The notes: generated by a model from the sequence alone, not told the origin. DNA of 64,000 bases from Candidatus Heimdallarchaeota archaeon (GCA_019057815.1 JAHLWR010000002.1:128001-192000), one strand, 5' to 3'; shown: positions 27,985 to 40,347, numbered from the stretch's first letter. Made by a program: numbers and translations.

Positions 27985-28734
27985 CTACTGAAATAGACGT
28001 TTTTCGTCGTCAAATTGCAATTCTTGAATACAAGAAATAGGAGATCGTTGGTTATATCCTTTAATAAGTACTACAGGAACCTTTTCACCTGCTTGTCCCA
28101 TTACTAGTTCAGCAGCAGAACAAATTTCATCTGCCAAACCTATTAAAGTAGTTTTCAGTGGATAACCAAAAATATCTTCTCTTCCTTGAGCATTATCAAT
28201 GACAGAAAAATTGAATGAACCAATTGCAATATTGATAGCTCCTCTTCTAAGAGCTCTTCCATGTGTATCAGAGATTAGAACAGAAATTTGTTTGTTGAAG
28301 TATTTAACAAGTAATTTACCTATTTTTTTAGCGTTTTTTGATGGAAATTCAGGTAGAACAACTGCACAATTTGGTTTGGAATTTGATTGATCAACAGCAG
28401 AATTAGCGCATATCCATCCATGATGTGTTTTGGTTATGATTATGTTATTTTGGACTTTAAGTATTCTCTCAGCTTCTTCAGTTATTAGATGAACAAGATG
28501 GGGATCTTTTCCAGTCTTTCTTGCAATTATCTCAGAAAAAGGTGATGGATCAATATTTGGGAGGAAGAATTCTAAACCTTCGGCTCTGGAGATGATAGTA
28601 TGAGCGATAACGAAAATATCTCCATTATCGATAAGATAACTTGAAGATAATACTGAATCAATTATTTGTTGACCTATGTCATCTCCTTCTTTAACAATTG
28701 GAAAAGCCAAAGGAAGAATTTCTATCTTGGTTAT
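27985..28734 (-). CDS. cofE: Coenzyme F420-0:L-glutamate ligase
   Basis: PIVKEGDDI, GDIFVIAHTIISRAEG, ICANSAVDQSN, ISDTHGRALRRG, DEICSAAELVMGQAGEKVPVVLIKG. Conserved N-terminus extends to ATA at 28734 (track uses TTG 28710). Confidence 0.9.
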   Translation of the reverse strand: MTKIEILPLAFPIVKEGDDIGQQIIDSVLSSSYLIDNGDIFVIAHTIISRAEGLEFFLPNIDPSPFSEIIARKTGKDPHLVHLITEEAERILKVQNNIIITKTHHGWICANSAVDQSNSKPNCAVVLPEFPSKNAKKIGKLLVKYFNKQISVLISDTHGRALRRGAINIAIGSFNFSVIDNAQGREDIFGYPLKTTLIGLADEICSAAELVMGQAGEKVPVVLIKGYNQRSPISCIQELQFDDEKRLFQ

Positions 28735-28762
28735 TGCTCATTACCTCCTTTTCAGATATTTC

Positions 28763-29821
28763 TTAGAGTTCCAAAACTGGAAGAGGTTTAGCATTTTTCT
28801 TTTTAGATGACGAAAGTTTGTTAGCTAGTATAAGAACTTCTGACCATTTTGGCTGTTCAATCTTCTCAACATTCAGATAATTGGATTCTAAAACGCTTTG
28901 AAACAACTCTTTTCCAGCTTCAGTTCGAATGATTATGATATTAATATCATCATCTACACCTACATTTCCAACCGATATATCAGCAAATTCAGCACTGAAA
29001 TCCTTGCAATATTTACAGCCTTCAGGTTTTCCAGCATGAAATAGATTAATTTTTGCTTCCTTTATACCGTCTTTTGTTTCAAAGAAGAATTTTCCTCTTC
29101 CACAGTCAGTTTTCGTTATATTTTTGAAATCCAAACCCAACTCCCGGTTAACAATATCTCGAAAAGAATCAGGTTTATAGCTACTCATGCAAAACAATCC
29201 GATTCGATATTTTATGCTGGTATCTGTTCCAAGATATTGTTTTTTAACAAACTGTGTTAACGTTTCCATATGGCAGGGTAATCCAACTACAGCAACATTT
29301 TCTCTAAAACTGCTCTTAACCGAGTCTAGTTTTGACAACGCTGGGTTTTGCGTATATTTAGATCTAGAAGCTGATCTTATCTCTTCTTCTGTAAAAGCCA
29401 ACATCGGGAGAGGATGAGACAAATCCTTACCTCCAATTGTAACCAAAGCTCCATCTATGGAACTATTTTTGAGTGCAGAAAGTAATAAAGAAGTTACAAT
29501 ACCACCATTCTGAACATTTTTGTGGATATCATTTTTTGCAGATTTACCTATATATACTTCCAAAATTGTCCCTAAGTCATCTGAAACAGCTGGTTGTTCT
29601 AATCTTTGATTAATTCTCAAGCATATATCAACACAAGAACCACATGATATGCATCCACCAACAAGTTTTGGGCGCATTTGTTCAATTAATATTACATTCA
29701 TAGGGCAAACGGATTCGCATCCACCACAGAGAATACAATACTCAGGTTTGATAACTTCTCTATTTAGGAGTGCAAAATTAGTTCGCTTAATTTTAGCTTT
29801 TGTACCTTGCATTAAGACCAT
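28763..29821 (-). CDS. FrhB/FdhB-family F420-interacting beta subunit with N-terminal 2x[4Fe-4S] ferredoxin
   Basis: CILCGGCESVCP, CISCGSCVDIC, QNGGIVTSLL, SKYT, VGLPCH, IGLFC, GCKYCKDFSAEFADISVG. Confidence 0.88.
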   Translation of the reverse strand: MVLMQGTKAKIKRTNFALLNREVIKPEYCILCGGCESVCPMNVILIEQMRPKLVGGCISCGSCVDICLRINQRLEQPAVSDDLGTILEVYIGKSAKNDIHKNVQNGGIVTSLLLSALKNSSIDGALVTIGGKDLSHPLPMLAFTEEEIRSASRSKYTQNPALSKLDSVKSSFRENVAVVGLPCHMETLTQFVKKQYLGTDTSIKYRIGLFCMSSYKPDSFRDIVNRELGLDFKNITKTDCGRGKFFFETKDGIKEAKINLFHAGKPEGCKYCKDFSAEFADISVGNVGVDDDINIIIIRTEAGKELFQSVLESNYLNVEKIEQPKWSEVLILANKLSSSKKKNAKPLPVLEL

Positions 29822-29888
29822 CTACATCTTTTCAATTAAAAATGAAACGGATGCGGTACAAAAATTGGTAACGAAAAAAGAGAAAAGG

Positions 29889-31049
29889 TTAGATATCCTC
29901 TAATTCTTCTAGGATGTAACGTTTACTTTTAGGTTGCTGTTGTTTAATTTCTAATTCTCTTTCAGAAAGAATGTCTCGCTCTATTCTATCCAGTGCTACT
30001 GCAAAAGCTCCAAATAATCCATAGCCCTCTGAACGAGAAACATAAACTTTGCCTTTGTCTGTTGCTATTCTTGATCTAACCTGATAAAGTACAAATCCCC
30101 TAAATTTCTTCTTTGGTATTGCTTTTGCATGAATATAGAATTGCCCAGAATTTCCTATAAAAACCGCATATTTTTTGACTATGTCAGCACCCATTTCCAT
30201 AACTTGATTCATATCAGAATCAGCAACGTCACCAATAACTCGGATATAATAACCTTCACTTGTTGGAGGACGACTGATGGTTTCCAACAAATCACGAGTA
30301 GTGATTATACCAATTGGATGATTTTCTGTATCAACTACAACCATAGCTTTGTGATTATTTTTATAGAGTTTCTGAATCACCTCGTCAACAGAATCATCTT
30401 TGAAGCAAGTTATTACATTTTCAGACATAATTTCAGAAACATTTACTGCTAAGACATCTAATTGTGTGGCTTGTCTATCACCTAGTGTTTGCCCAGGAAA
30501 TTCAGACAACAAAATTCTAGTTAGGTCATATGGACTTACTATTCCGAGTAGTTTATTATTATAATCTACAACAGGAGTACGAGATATATTGTTTGTTCTT
30601 GAGATAGCTATTAATTTTGCTATGGTTGTATCAGAAGAGACAGATATAAGATCACGAGTCATAACATCATTAACTGTTTTATCCTCAAATATCTCCGAAG
30701 CACTGCGAATTAAATCAATGTCCTTAATAACTCCAATAACCTTACCATTTTCTTCTACAGGTACTGAGCGGATTTTAGCAGATAATATAGATCTAGCAAT
30801 TTCATCAAGACTTACATCCCTTCTAATAGTCGGAACACGGATAATAAAATTTGAAACTCTTGAATCTGGTTTAATTTTAGATTGTCGAGTTAAGTGTCTC
30901 TGAGTTAGATAACCGAGAAGAACTTCTCTTTCTTCAAAAACTAAAATTTCTCTAATTTTACCCTTGAATTTTTCAATTGCTTTAGAAATAGTTTCATCAG
31001 CATTTACAGATACAAAGTCAGAAATAATAGAAAAATCTTCATTATTCAT
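29889..31049 (-). CDS. Four-CBS-domain protein with C-terminal HPF/RaiA-like domain (candidate ribosome hibernation factor)
   Basis: CBS motifs (VPVEENGKVIGVI, PVVDYNNKLLGIVS, VVDTENHPIGIIT) followed by YQVRSRI..KGKVYVSRSEGYGLFGAFAVALDRIERDI. Confidence 0.8.
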   Translation of the reverse strand: MNNEDFSIISDFVSVNADETISKAIEKFKGKIREILVFEEREVLLGYLTQRHLTRQSKIKPDSRVSNFIIRVPTIRRDVSLDEIARSILSAKIRSVPVEENGKVIGVIKDIDLIRSASEIFEDKTVNDVMTRDLISVSSDTTIAKLIAISRTNNISRTPVVDYNNKLLGIVSPYDLTRILLSEFPGQTLGDRQATQLDVLAVNVSEIMSENVITCFKDDSVDEVIQKLYKNNHKAMVVVDTENHPIGIITTRDLLETISRPPTSEGYYIRVIGDVADSDMNQVMEMGADIVKKYAVFIGNSGQFYIHAKAIPKKKFRGFVLYQVRSRIATDKGKVYVSRSEGYGLFGAFAVALDRIERDILSERELEIKQQQPKSKRYILEELEDI

Positions 31050-31216
31050 AATTAAACTTACGTTTATGGGTTTATAGATTTGTCTCTTTATACACGATTA
31101 TCACAACAAAGAGTAATTACAAAAAGATGAATTTGAGAGCGATGAAACTAAAACAATTTTACATGTAAAAATTATTGTAACAATTTCTAAAAATATATAT
31201 GAAAAGAAAAGAGAGT

Positions 31217-31804
31217 TTACTTATAGAATGCTTTTCTAAACTTCATTAAATCATGGCTGTACTGAATGGATAATCGCGCTGCATGATGAAAGAGAAGTTC
31301 TACATTATATGAAGATAAAGCAGAAGTTTCAATATAATCATAGTGATGAAGACGACAATACTCTATAATCTCTTCCCTATTGACAGCACGAGCTTCCTTA
31401 AGATCATATTTGTTTCCTGCTATAACAACTGGAATATCAGAACATTTTGATGATACTTCATTTGCCCAAGCTTCTATTTCGTCGAAGGAACTCATATTGG
31501 TAACATCATAAACTATTATTGCGCAACTAGCTCCCTCATAATATTTTGGTCTGAGATATGTAAACATCTCTTGACCACCTGTATCCCAGATTGAGAGTCT
31601 AGCTGAAATTGGGTCATTTACCAACTTCTTTGAAAGATTTTCATTCATTAGTTCGGTTGGCAAGTCAACAGTTTTTGTCAACCAACTCACTCCTAAAGTT
31701 GGTATGTAACTATGGACAAATGTATCCAATGTGAATCTTCTTGCTAGTGATGTTTTTCCAACAAATGCCGAACCAACACATATTATTTTTTGTAGTTGAT
31801 GCAC
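31217..31804 (-). CDS. Rab-like small GTPase
   Basis: GSAFVGKTS, YIPTLGV, IWDTGGQE, LRPKYYEGA, GNKYDL, ETSA. No C-terminal prenylation cysteines. Confidence 0.9.
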   Translation of the reverse strand: MHQLQKIICVGSAFVGKTSLARRFTLDTFVHSYIPTLGVSWLTKTVDLPTELMNENLSKKLVNDPISARLSIWDTGGQEMFTYLRPKYYEGASCAIIVYDVTNMSSFDEIEAWANEVSSKCSDIPVVIAGNKYDLKEARAVNREEIIEYCRLHHYDYIETSALSSYNVELLFHHAARLSIQYSHDLMKFRKAFYK

Positions 31805-31808
31805 TTTT

Positions 31809-32663
31809 TCACCGCCATGTTATTATTAAAATACTTTTAATTAAATCTAAGCTTTTGAGCCTTTGCCATTCTGTTCGAATGGCTGTTGAGAGATTGTTCA
31901 CTGCAACATGCCTATAGTTATCGATTCCTATCATTTCTATTATATATTCAACAAAGAACTGCAAAAGCTGTAAGAGCTCGTTCTTGATTTGTATTGTAAT
32001 TCCGCATATGTTATCAACCTTCTTAATATTGAAACAATTATCATCATTTATGTCATAAATATTTTTCAAACAGTCTGTATCAGTTGTCAGATATTCCTTA
32101 AAGATTCCAGGAATAGTATTAAGAAGAGCTTTTACTTTTAAATCCTCACTTGATTCACCAAAACCTCTAATCCCATCCCAAACCGAATTAAACACATTTT
32201 CAAAAACTTCAACCATATTTCTTTTATCAACATCATCGATGTGTGAATTTAATACATTCCACAATAAAAATGAATGAGTTAGTGATTCTGAGACTTTTCG
32301 CCTATAGGATCCCTCTAATTCATTCAATAGATCCCTAGCTGATTGAGTATCGCGAATATCAAACGCGTTTAGAAATAATTTCATATAGAAAAACAATTGT
32401 GATGTTATCATTTCTTCTGAATATGTAACAGGGTTTACAAGAATAAATAGAAAAGAAAATTTGCTTAAAAAAACAATTTTAGCTTCGTTTAAATGAATGG
32501 TTTGAACTCCATTAAATAAATCACTTCCCTCAACGTTACTATAGAAAGAAAGAATCATGTCTATATTGTTATCAACATCTTCATCAGAAAAACCTTCAAC
32601 TTGCAAAGGTTTGCAGAAAAGAACGTCGTATGTATCTTTGTTGACAATATAGAAACCTTTCAT
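31809..32663 (-). CDS. Longin-like N-terminal domain protein
   Basis: MKGFYIVNK..VLFCK, then helix, then KIVFLSKFSFLFILV, then helix: a longin-like secondary-structure pattern. Ends 4 nt upstream of the Rab-like gene. Confidence 0.6.
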   Translation of the reverse strand: MKGFYIVNKDTYDVLFCKPLQVEGFSDEDVDNNIDMILSFYSNVEGSDLFNGVQTIHLNEAKIVFLSKFSFLFILVNPVTYSEEMITSQLFFYMKLFLNAFDIRDTQSARDLLNELEGSYRRKVSESLTHSFLLWNVLNSHIDDVDKRNMVEVFENVFNSVWDGIRGFGESSEDLKVKALLNTIPGIFKEYLTTDTDCLKNIYDINDDNCFNIKKVDNICGITIQIKNELLQLLQFFVEYIIEMIGIDNYRHVAVNNLSTAIRTEWQRLKSLDLIKSILIITWR

Positions 32664-32771
32664 TGTATCTAATCACCAGATATCTATTAATGAAATAATA
32701 AAAAATCATTTAAAAGATTATCCGCAGTTGCAATAACAAAAGAAAAGCAGGTAGAATGTAACCTAAAGTTT

Positions 32772-34958
<2,187 letters not shown>

Positions 34959-35126
34959 TTACGATTCCTCAACAAGCTATAGCCATTTAATTACTTCAAT
35001 TTTTGATAAATATCTATCTTTATAATGGTTTGTTTTCTAACCTATTTTCATTTATCAAATGTAGAATTTAGTATTTAATCCCGTGTAAAAATTAATTAAA
35101 TGAGATAAAAAGTAAAAGGAAAGAAC

Positions 35127-36050
35127 TTAAAATCGGAAAGTTAGCTTTAGTGCTCCTTCATCACACGCTTCTACGCACTCTAAACAATTTATACACATCT
35201 TGTTTTTGATATTTTTGTCATAGGATAATATCGGAACTTGCATTGGACAGGCTTGCTCACATTTATTGCAACCACTAACGCACCGATTGGGATTCCTCTG
35301 TATTCCTAGTAAACTATGTTTGCTAAAGAAACCTAATATTGCGCCAGTTGGGCAAATCCATCTACAATAGGCTCTTGGATAAATTGCTATTAGTATTAAT
35401 ACTATTACAAAGATAATAAGTCGAAGAATAAACATGAATCTCCATTGTCCTATTTCTGCACCAAATGAATCCGTTACAAGTCCCCATTTTAAATAATAGT
35501 ATAAAGAAGCAAATAATGTAGAAGAAGGATCAAGAGTACTAAAAGGCATATCCTTTCCTGCACCAAATGCAAGTTTGTTAATTTCACCTCTATTATATGT
35601 TATACCTATGATAGCAGCCATTGCGATCACAAATCCCGCAATAACAATAGCTATTTTACCTAAACTTACATTTGTTGGTTTTGAAACCTTCTTTTTCTTA
35701 GTGGGAATATAGCTAACCAAATCTTGAACTAAACCAAATGGACATGCCCAACCACATGTAGTTTTACCAACAACTGCTCCAAATAAAACGAATATGGAGA
35801 TAGCTAGATAGGGAAAAACCCAGAAAGACAGTGCATATTGCAAGGCTTCAAAAGCATTCCATACCGTGGAAAAAGCAGCACCAGTTGGGTATTCAATCGG
35901 GAGTAAAATTGGAAGACGGGGTAATCCAAACATAAGACCATTTAATAATCCAAAAATTACTAACTGTACAATAGTTCTAATTATTCGAATCTTACGATTA
36001 AGCACAGGGCGTAAAAATGCCGAAAGATTAAGTTTTTGTGACGTTGCCAT
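35127..36050 (-). CDS. Membrane 4Fe-4S binding protein (NapH/YccM-like)
   Basis: CGWACPFG and YCRWICPTG motifs, TMs, C-terminal CVSGCNKCEQACP and CINCLECVEAC. Confidence 0.88.
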   Translation of the reverse strand: MATSQKLNLSAFLRPVLNRKIRIIRTIVQLVIFGLLNGLMFGLPRLPILLPIEYPTGAAFSTVWNAFEALQYALSFWVFPYLAISIFVLFGAVVGKTTCGWACPFGLVQDLVSYIPTKKKKVSKPTNVSLGKIAIVIAGFVIAMAAIIGITYNRGEINKLAFGAGKDMPFSTLDPSSTLFASLYYYLKWGLVTDSFGAEIGQWRFMFILRLIIFVIVLILIAIYPRAYCRWICPTGAILGFFSKHSLLGIQRNPNRCVSGCNKCEQACPMQVPILSYDKNIKNKMCINCLECVEACDEGALKLTFRF

Positions 36051-36071
36051 ATATTATCCCTTTCCTTTTTA

Positions 36072-36272
36072 TTACGACCACGGATGTGGGAAACCATTAA
36101 GATAAGCACTTAGAAAATCTTTTACTGACTTATCATTAAAATCGCTAATCAGCTCGTACATACCCATTTGTTCAGGTACAACTATTGCTATAATTAAGAA
36201 TATTATTCCTATTGAAAGAAAAAATAACAAATTGATTCGACTTCTTGCACTCATTGTAACTAAAGACTTCAA
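36072..36272 (-). CDS. Small single-TM protein upstream of the 4Fe-4S membrane protein
   Basis: 66-aa ORF with one hydrophobic helix, ending 21 nt before the next gene. Confidence 0.55.
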   Translation of the reverse strand: MKSLVTMSARSRINLLFFLSIGIIFLIIAIVVPEQMGMYELISDFNDKSVKDFLSAYLNGFPHPWS

Positions 36273-36443
36273 AAAACAAATGTCATTAAAAATGTTGTCT
36301 TTAGTAGGTCATCGTTCAGTCATTAAAGACTCTTACAAAAAAAAGAGTTTTTAACACACACCTTTTGAGGAAAAGAGAAAGGAATTTTGGATATTTCAAG
36401 CTAAATGGTAAAACATTTATAGAACATTTTTTGCTATTCAACC

Positions 36444-36710
36444 ATGGGATCAAATGACACATGGAAAATAGCTCCTTTAACCTCATGCATTCTAGAAATT
36501 TTAGAAAAAAGAGGTGGAGTTATTCTTGAGAATGATCTTGATAACCCTTTAAGAGAAATATATGGTGATTTTTCAATAACAGAGATTAATAGAGCATTAA
36601 TGAGTCTTGAGAATCAAGGATTAGTACATGTTAGTTGGGTTTCGAAGACTCGCCGTAGAATACAGAAAATGACACAAGACATGGTAATAATGGGAGTCGA
36701 AGAAGACTAA
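36444..36710 (+). CDS. Small winged-helix protein
   Basis: ILEILEKRGG..EINRALMSLENQGLVHV wHTH pattern. TTTATA about 25 nt upstream suggests a leaderless transcript. Confidence 0.7.
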   Translation: MGSNDTWKIAPLTSCILEILEKRGGVILENDLDNPLREIYGDFSITEINRALMSLENQGLVHVSWVSKTRRRIQKMTQDMVIMGVEED

Positions 36711-36721
36711 TTTTTTCCCTA

Positions 36722-37972
36722 TCAACAGCGATTAATGAATACAACAAGTTTTCTAGAAATAACATTATGTTTTCTTCCAATGTCAAGTGGTAAAACAACA
36801 TTGAAAAATTTTGACTGTTTCATTGATGTAAGACCAGATAATTTCTCAATTTTTATAATGTTAGGTGTAAGAATATTATCTTTTGAGTAGTTGTATGCTG
36901 GAAAGATTATGACGACTCTACCCTCTTTTTTGAGTAGTTTTTTACAGTTCATCAAAACTTTTGTGTACAACGTTTCTAAACTTTTCATGGTTTCTTTTCC
37001 TTCGTCTAACTCTGGAAGTTGTTTTAAAAACGGACCTAAATAAGGTTCAGTAATTACTGCATCAATTTCAGTCTTAATAATTTGGTTTAATTGCCTTGAA
37101 TCATATTTATACATATTCCACTTAAGCTCTTTCTTTTTTATTATAGAAGTACTTTTACAAAAATAGGTTAAATTTTCTTTTGATGCTCTCACGCATCTAG
37201 GGTCATTATCAATCCCTGCAACATTTACTGATTGCCTAAGCCCACACTGCAAAACAGTTCCTGTCCCAGCAAAAGGGTCGAGTAACCAACCATTCTTAGG
37301 AATTTTTGCAATATTAATCAGTGTTCGAGTCATTTTAAATGATAAACCATGAGTAAATAATCTTATTGGGCGTTTTTCATCATCTTCTATATCAATAAAG
37401 GGATTCGTCACCCACAGAGTGAAACCGAAATAGATTTTAGATTTAATAACAAAACAATTCAGCTCTATTCCCCTTTTAATCATATTATTTTTGTGATATT
37501 CATAAGGGGAAAGCTCCATTGTTATTCTTTTTGAAGGCAGCATTTTTACTTTAAATTGATAATCGTAAGCTAACTTTTTTATTGCTGACCTAAGCTGTGA
37601 CCCTATTTTTGCTGTTGTATCTTTAGAATTAGTTTGTATATTTAAAGAAAATTTGATTTGTTTGTTTATGTCTATTTTCAAATTTTGAATACATTGAAAG
37701 ATATGTTTTGAAAATAACTCAAGCATATTAGTATCTGGTGTGTAAGTTTTTTCAAACAGTATTTTCCCCACTTTAACAATACTACCAGTGTGTGACAATT
37801 TTTGTGTAAATTTGTTAAAAATAGGTTTATCTATATCTAAGAAGATATGCTCTTTCCATTCAACATAACTGACCTTACTGAATTCAATTTTCTCTAACAC
37901 TGATGACAAATCCAATTTTGAGAGATTTTTATTGAAACCTAGTTTCACAAAAGTGGTATACTTTGATGACAT
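36722..37972 (-). CDS. TRM11/TrmG10-like SAM-dependent RNA methyltransferase
   Basis: LLDPFAGTGT SAM motif, GIDND, VITEPYLGP, THUMP-like N-terminal half. Confidence 0.78.
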   Translation of the reverse strand: MSSKYTTFVKLGFNKNLSKLDLSSVLEKIEFSKVSYVEWKEHIFLDIDKPIFNKFTQKLSHTGSIVKVGKILFEKTYTPDTNMLELFSKHIFQCIQNLKIDINKQIKFSLNIQTNSKDTTAKIGSQLRSAIKKLAYDYQFKVKMLPSKRITMELSPYEYHKNNMIKRGIELNCFVIKSKIYFGFTLWVTNPFIDIEDDEKRPIRLFTHGLSFKMTRTLINIAKIPKNGWLLDPFAGTGTVLQCGLRQSVNVAGIDNDPRCVRASKENLTYFCKSTSIIKKKELKWNMYKYDSRQLNQIIKTEIDAVITEPYLGPFLKQLPELDEGKETMKSLETLYTKVLMNCKKLLKKEGRVVIIFPAYNYSKDNILTPNIIKIEKLSGLTSMKQSKFFNVVLPLDIGRKHNVISRKLVVFINRC

Positions 37973-37978
37973 TTTGTA

Positions 37979-39013
37979 TCAACCAAAAAAAGCGTCAAGT
38001 CGTTTTTGTCTCAGAGAAGTATCTTGTCCCTTTTTTGCTTTTTTAAGCGTATTTTCAACCCTATCTTTGCTGAAACCACGCTCATTACAAAGGAAGTCAA
38101 CAACACCTTCAATATCTAAGGGCTTGAATTTGATGTTATATTCGTTAGATATAACGGGGTTAAGAAAAATATCTCTTATAGCTTCATAGTCAGCATCTAT
38201 GACAATTTCCTCATTTTCAACAACCATTTCGAGGTTTCCATGTTTTGTGATATATTTATAAGCTGTTTTAGGACCAATACCTTTGATACCATCTGGATTG
38301 AAATCGGTACCTATCAATATAGACATATCTACCAGTTGTTCTCTTGATAAATCGAGAGTTTTTAACAGTTCTTTTAGGTTGTACGTTTCAACATTTATGT
38401 TAATATACCTATTAGAGTGAGGTAATTTTCTTTTTCCTGAAAGAGTAAGGTTTCTAACCATTATAGGAGAACCAAATAAGATACTGTCATAATCTTGAGA
38501 TGCAACTGCCCAAACTTTTCCCTTTTTAACAAGATGAGCTGCTTGAGCTTCTCCTTCTTGTTCAGCTTCTACAACGGGAATACCCATAAGATCAAGTAAT
38601 CGTTTACTATCCTCAACCATTGATTCTGTTAATTTACTTGTTCTTTGAGCTACAATCCTTGCACGTACTAAATCTCCTTTTTCGAGAGCTTCCTCTAGTT
38701 CTTCACGAGCTTTCTTTTTAGCTTCTGCTCTTCTTCTTAACTCCTTTCGCTTCATTAATGAAGGGGTTCCATCAAACACATAAACTAATTGGATACCCTT
38801 TTCCAATAATCTAGCATTTCTGTAGAGCAATCCTGTCAAATGACTAGTCACTATTCCTTCTTTATCAGTAAGAAGAGAACCATCATAACCACGTATTGAT
38901 GCAAGAAATTGGTAAATTATATTATAAGCATCAACTGCAAGTTTTTTTTGACTTAATTCATTAAGATTGATGGGTGTCCCCTTAAACAAATCGCTGATAT
39001 TCTTTACACCCAA
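37979..39013 (-). CDS. fen: Flap endonuclease 1
   Basis: MGV start (TTG 39013), AVDAYNIIYQFLASIR, VFDG, EGEAQAA, SQDYDSILFG, GTDFNPDGIKGIGPKTA, PIP box QKRLDAFF. Confidence 0.96.
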   Translation of the reverse strand: MGVKNISDLFKGTPINLNELSQKKLAVDAYNIIYQFLASIRGYDGSLLTDKEGIVTSHLTGLLYRNARLLEKGIQLVYVFDGTPSLMKRKELRRRAEAKKKAREELEEALEKGDLVRARIVAQRTSKLTESMVEDSKRLLDLMGIPVVEAEQEGEAQAAHLVKKGKVWAVASQDYDSILFGSPIMVRNLTLSGKRKLPHSNRYININVETYNLKELLKTLDLSREQLVDMSILIGTDFNPDGIKGIGPKTAYKYITKHGNLEMVVENEEIVIDADYEAIRDIFLNPVISNEYNIKFKPLDIEGVVDFLCNERGFSKDRVENTLKKAKKGQDTSLRQKRLDAFFG

Positions 39014-39091
39014 GAATTGCCACCACATTCGGTTAGAAGTTGTAATTTTTTAAAGTTTGTTCAAGAGAATAAAACAACTCAATGATGGATT

Positions 39092-39781
39092 TCAGCCATA
39101 TTTTCCCGTTAATGGAACAAACGCCACTCCACCTAGATTTCTTTTAGAAAGATTACCATTTTCATCTTTTGTTATTAATACTAATTCTTGATATAACATT
39201 TTGTTAACAGGAATAACTAAACGTCCATTGATAGCCATTTGTTCTTGCAGAGGAGGAGGTATCAATTTACTTGCAGCAGCTACAGAAATTATGTCAAATG
39301 GAGCTTTTTCTGGATAGCCTTTTCCTCCATCGCTTTCTAATATTGTCACACGATCAGCGAATCCTGATCTTTCGATATTATCCTTTGCAAATGTAGCTAA
39401 TTCAGGAATAATTTCAATTGCATATATATGACCTGGATTTTCTACCCCCTCTGGTGCAACCATTTCAGCAAAAATAGCTGCGTTATATCCACTACCTGCA
39501 CCAATTTCAAGTACTGTCTCTCCAACTTGAGGGTCAGTACAAGAAGGAGAAACGTATATCATCACCATATGAATTGCACTAATTGTTTGCCCAGCTTGTA
39601 TTGGTAAAGGGGTATCAATATATGCACGATTTTTATATTTAGGTAAAACAAATTCTTCTCTAGGCACATTTAGAAATGCCTTCTTCATCCTTTCTGTTAT
39701 CTTAATATTATGAAATCGTAATTTAGATAATACATTTAATTTTTCCCGAAGAAGTTCACCATCAGGTTTCATTTGATACAT
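39092..39781 (-). CDS. pcm: Protein-L-isoaspartate O-methyltransferase
   Basis: VPREEFV, AYIDTPLPI..GQTISAIHM, VLEIGAGSGYNAA, DGGKGY..APFD, VAFVPL. Confidence 0.93.
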   Translation of the reverse strand: MYQMKPDGELLREKLNVLSKLRFHNIKITERMKKAFLNVPREEFVLPKYKNRAYIDTPLPIQAGQTISAIHMVMIYVSPSCTDPQVGETVLEIGAGSGYNAAIFAEMVAPEGVENPGHIYAIEIIPELATFAKDNIERSGFADRVTILESDGGKGYPEKAPFDIISVAAASKLIPPPLQEQMAINGRLVIPVNKMLYQELVLITKDENGNLSKRNLGGVAFVPLTGKYG

Positions 39782-39872
39782 ACCTAGATTAGACTCAACA
39801 TCTTATGTTTTTAATTTTATGCAAAAGTCTCGAAGGAATAATGTAAACTTGAATAGTTACAACTTTGTTGTT

Positions 39873-39895
39873 GAAACCTTTTGTTAAAAGGTTTC
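39873..39895. repeat. Perfect 10-bp inverted repeat with 3-nt spacer
   Basis: GAAACCTTTT-GTT-AAAAGGTTTC in the divergent pcm/roadblock intergenic region. Confidence 0.7.
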
Positions 39896-40019
39896 CTTAA
39901 AAGGATTGAGAATAACATATTCTTTAAAAATAGGTTAATAATACGTACACTATAATTTAATTTAAATATGAAAGGCTAATTATTAGATTGAGTACTAATC
40001 ATGCGAGGAGTAACCCTTT

Positions 40020-40319
40020 ATGATTTCACAAAAACAATTTGAAGAAACCCTTAAAAAATTGGAAACACATCCTGGCGTAAGAGGCGTCATAATCACAAGT
40101 AATGATGGTTTACCTATATCAAGTACAAAGAATTTATCTATGGAAATGAGGGAAAACGTTTCTGCCTTAGTAGCTTCTTTAGTTGGTAGAGCAAAAGCAG
40201 TTGTAACCGAATTAAGAGAAGGGGAATTGAATTTTTTCACGTTAGACACCAGCAAAGGTGAAATACTAGTAGCACCTGAAAACGATTATATTTTAATCGT
40301 ATTAAGAGTCAAAAGCTAA
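40020..40319 (+). CDS. Roadblock/LC7 (MglB-like) protein
   Basis: [42 protein letters not shown]. Confidence 0.88.
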   Translation: MISQKQFEETLKKLETHPGVRGVIITSNDGLPISSTKNLSMEMRENVSALVASLVGRAKAVVTELREGELNFFTLDTSKGEILVAPENDYILIVLRVKS

Positions 40320-40347
40320 TACCAAAGCAAATTATTGAGGATAGAAG

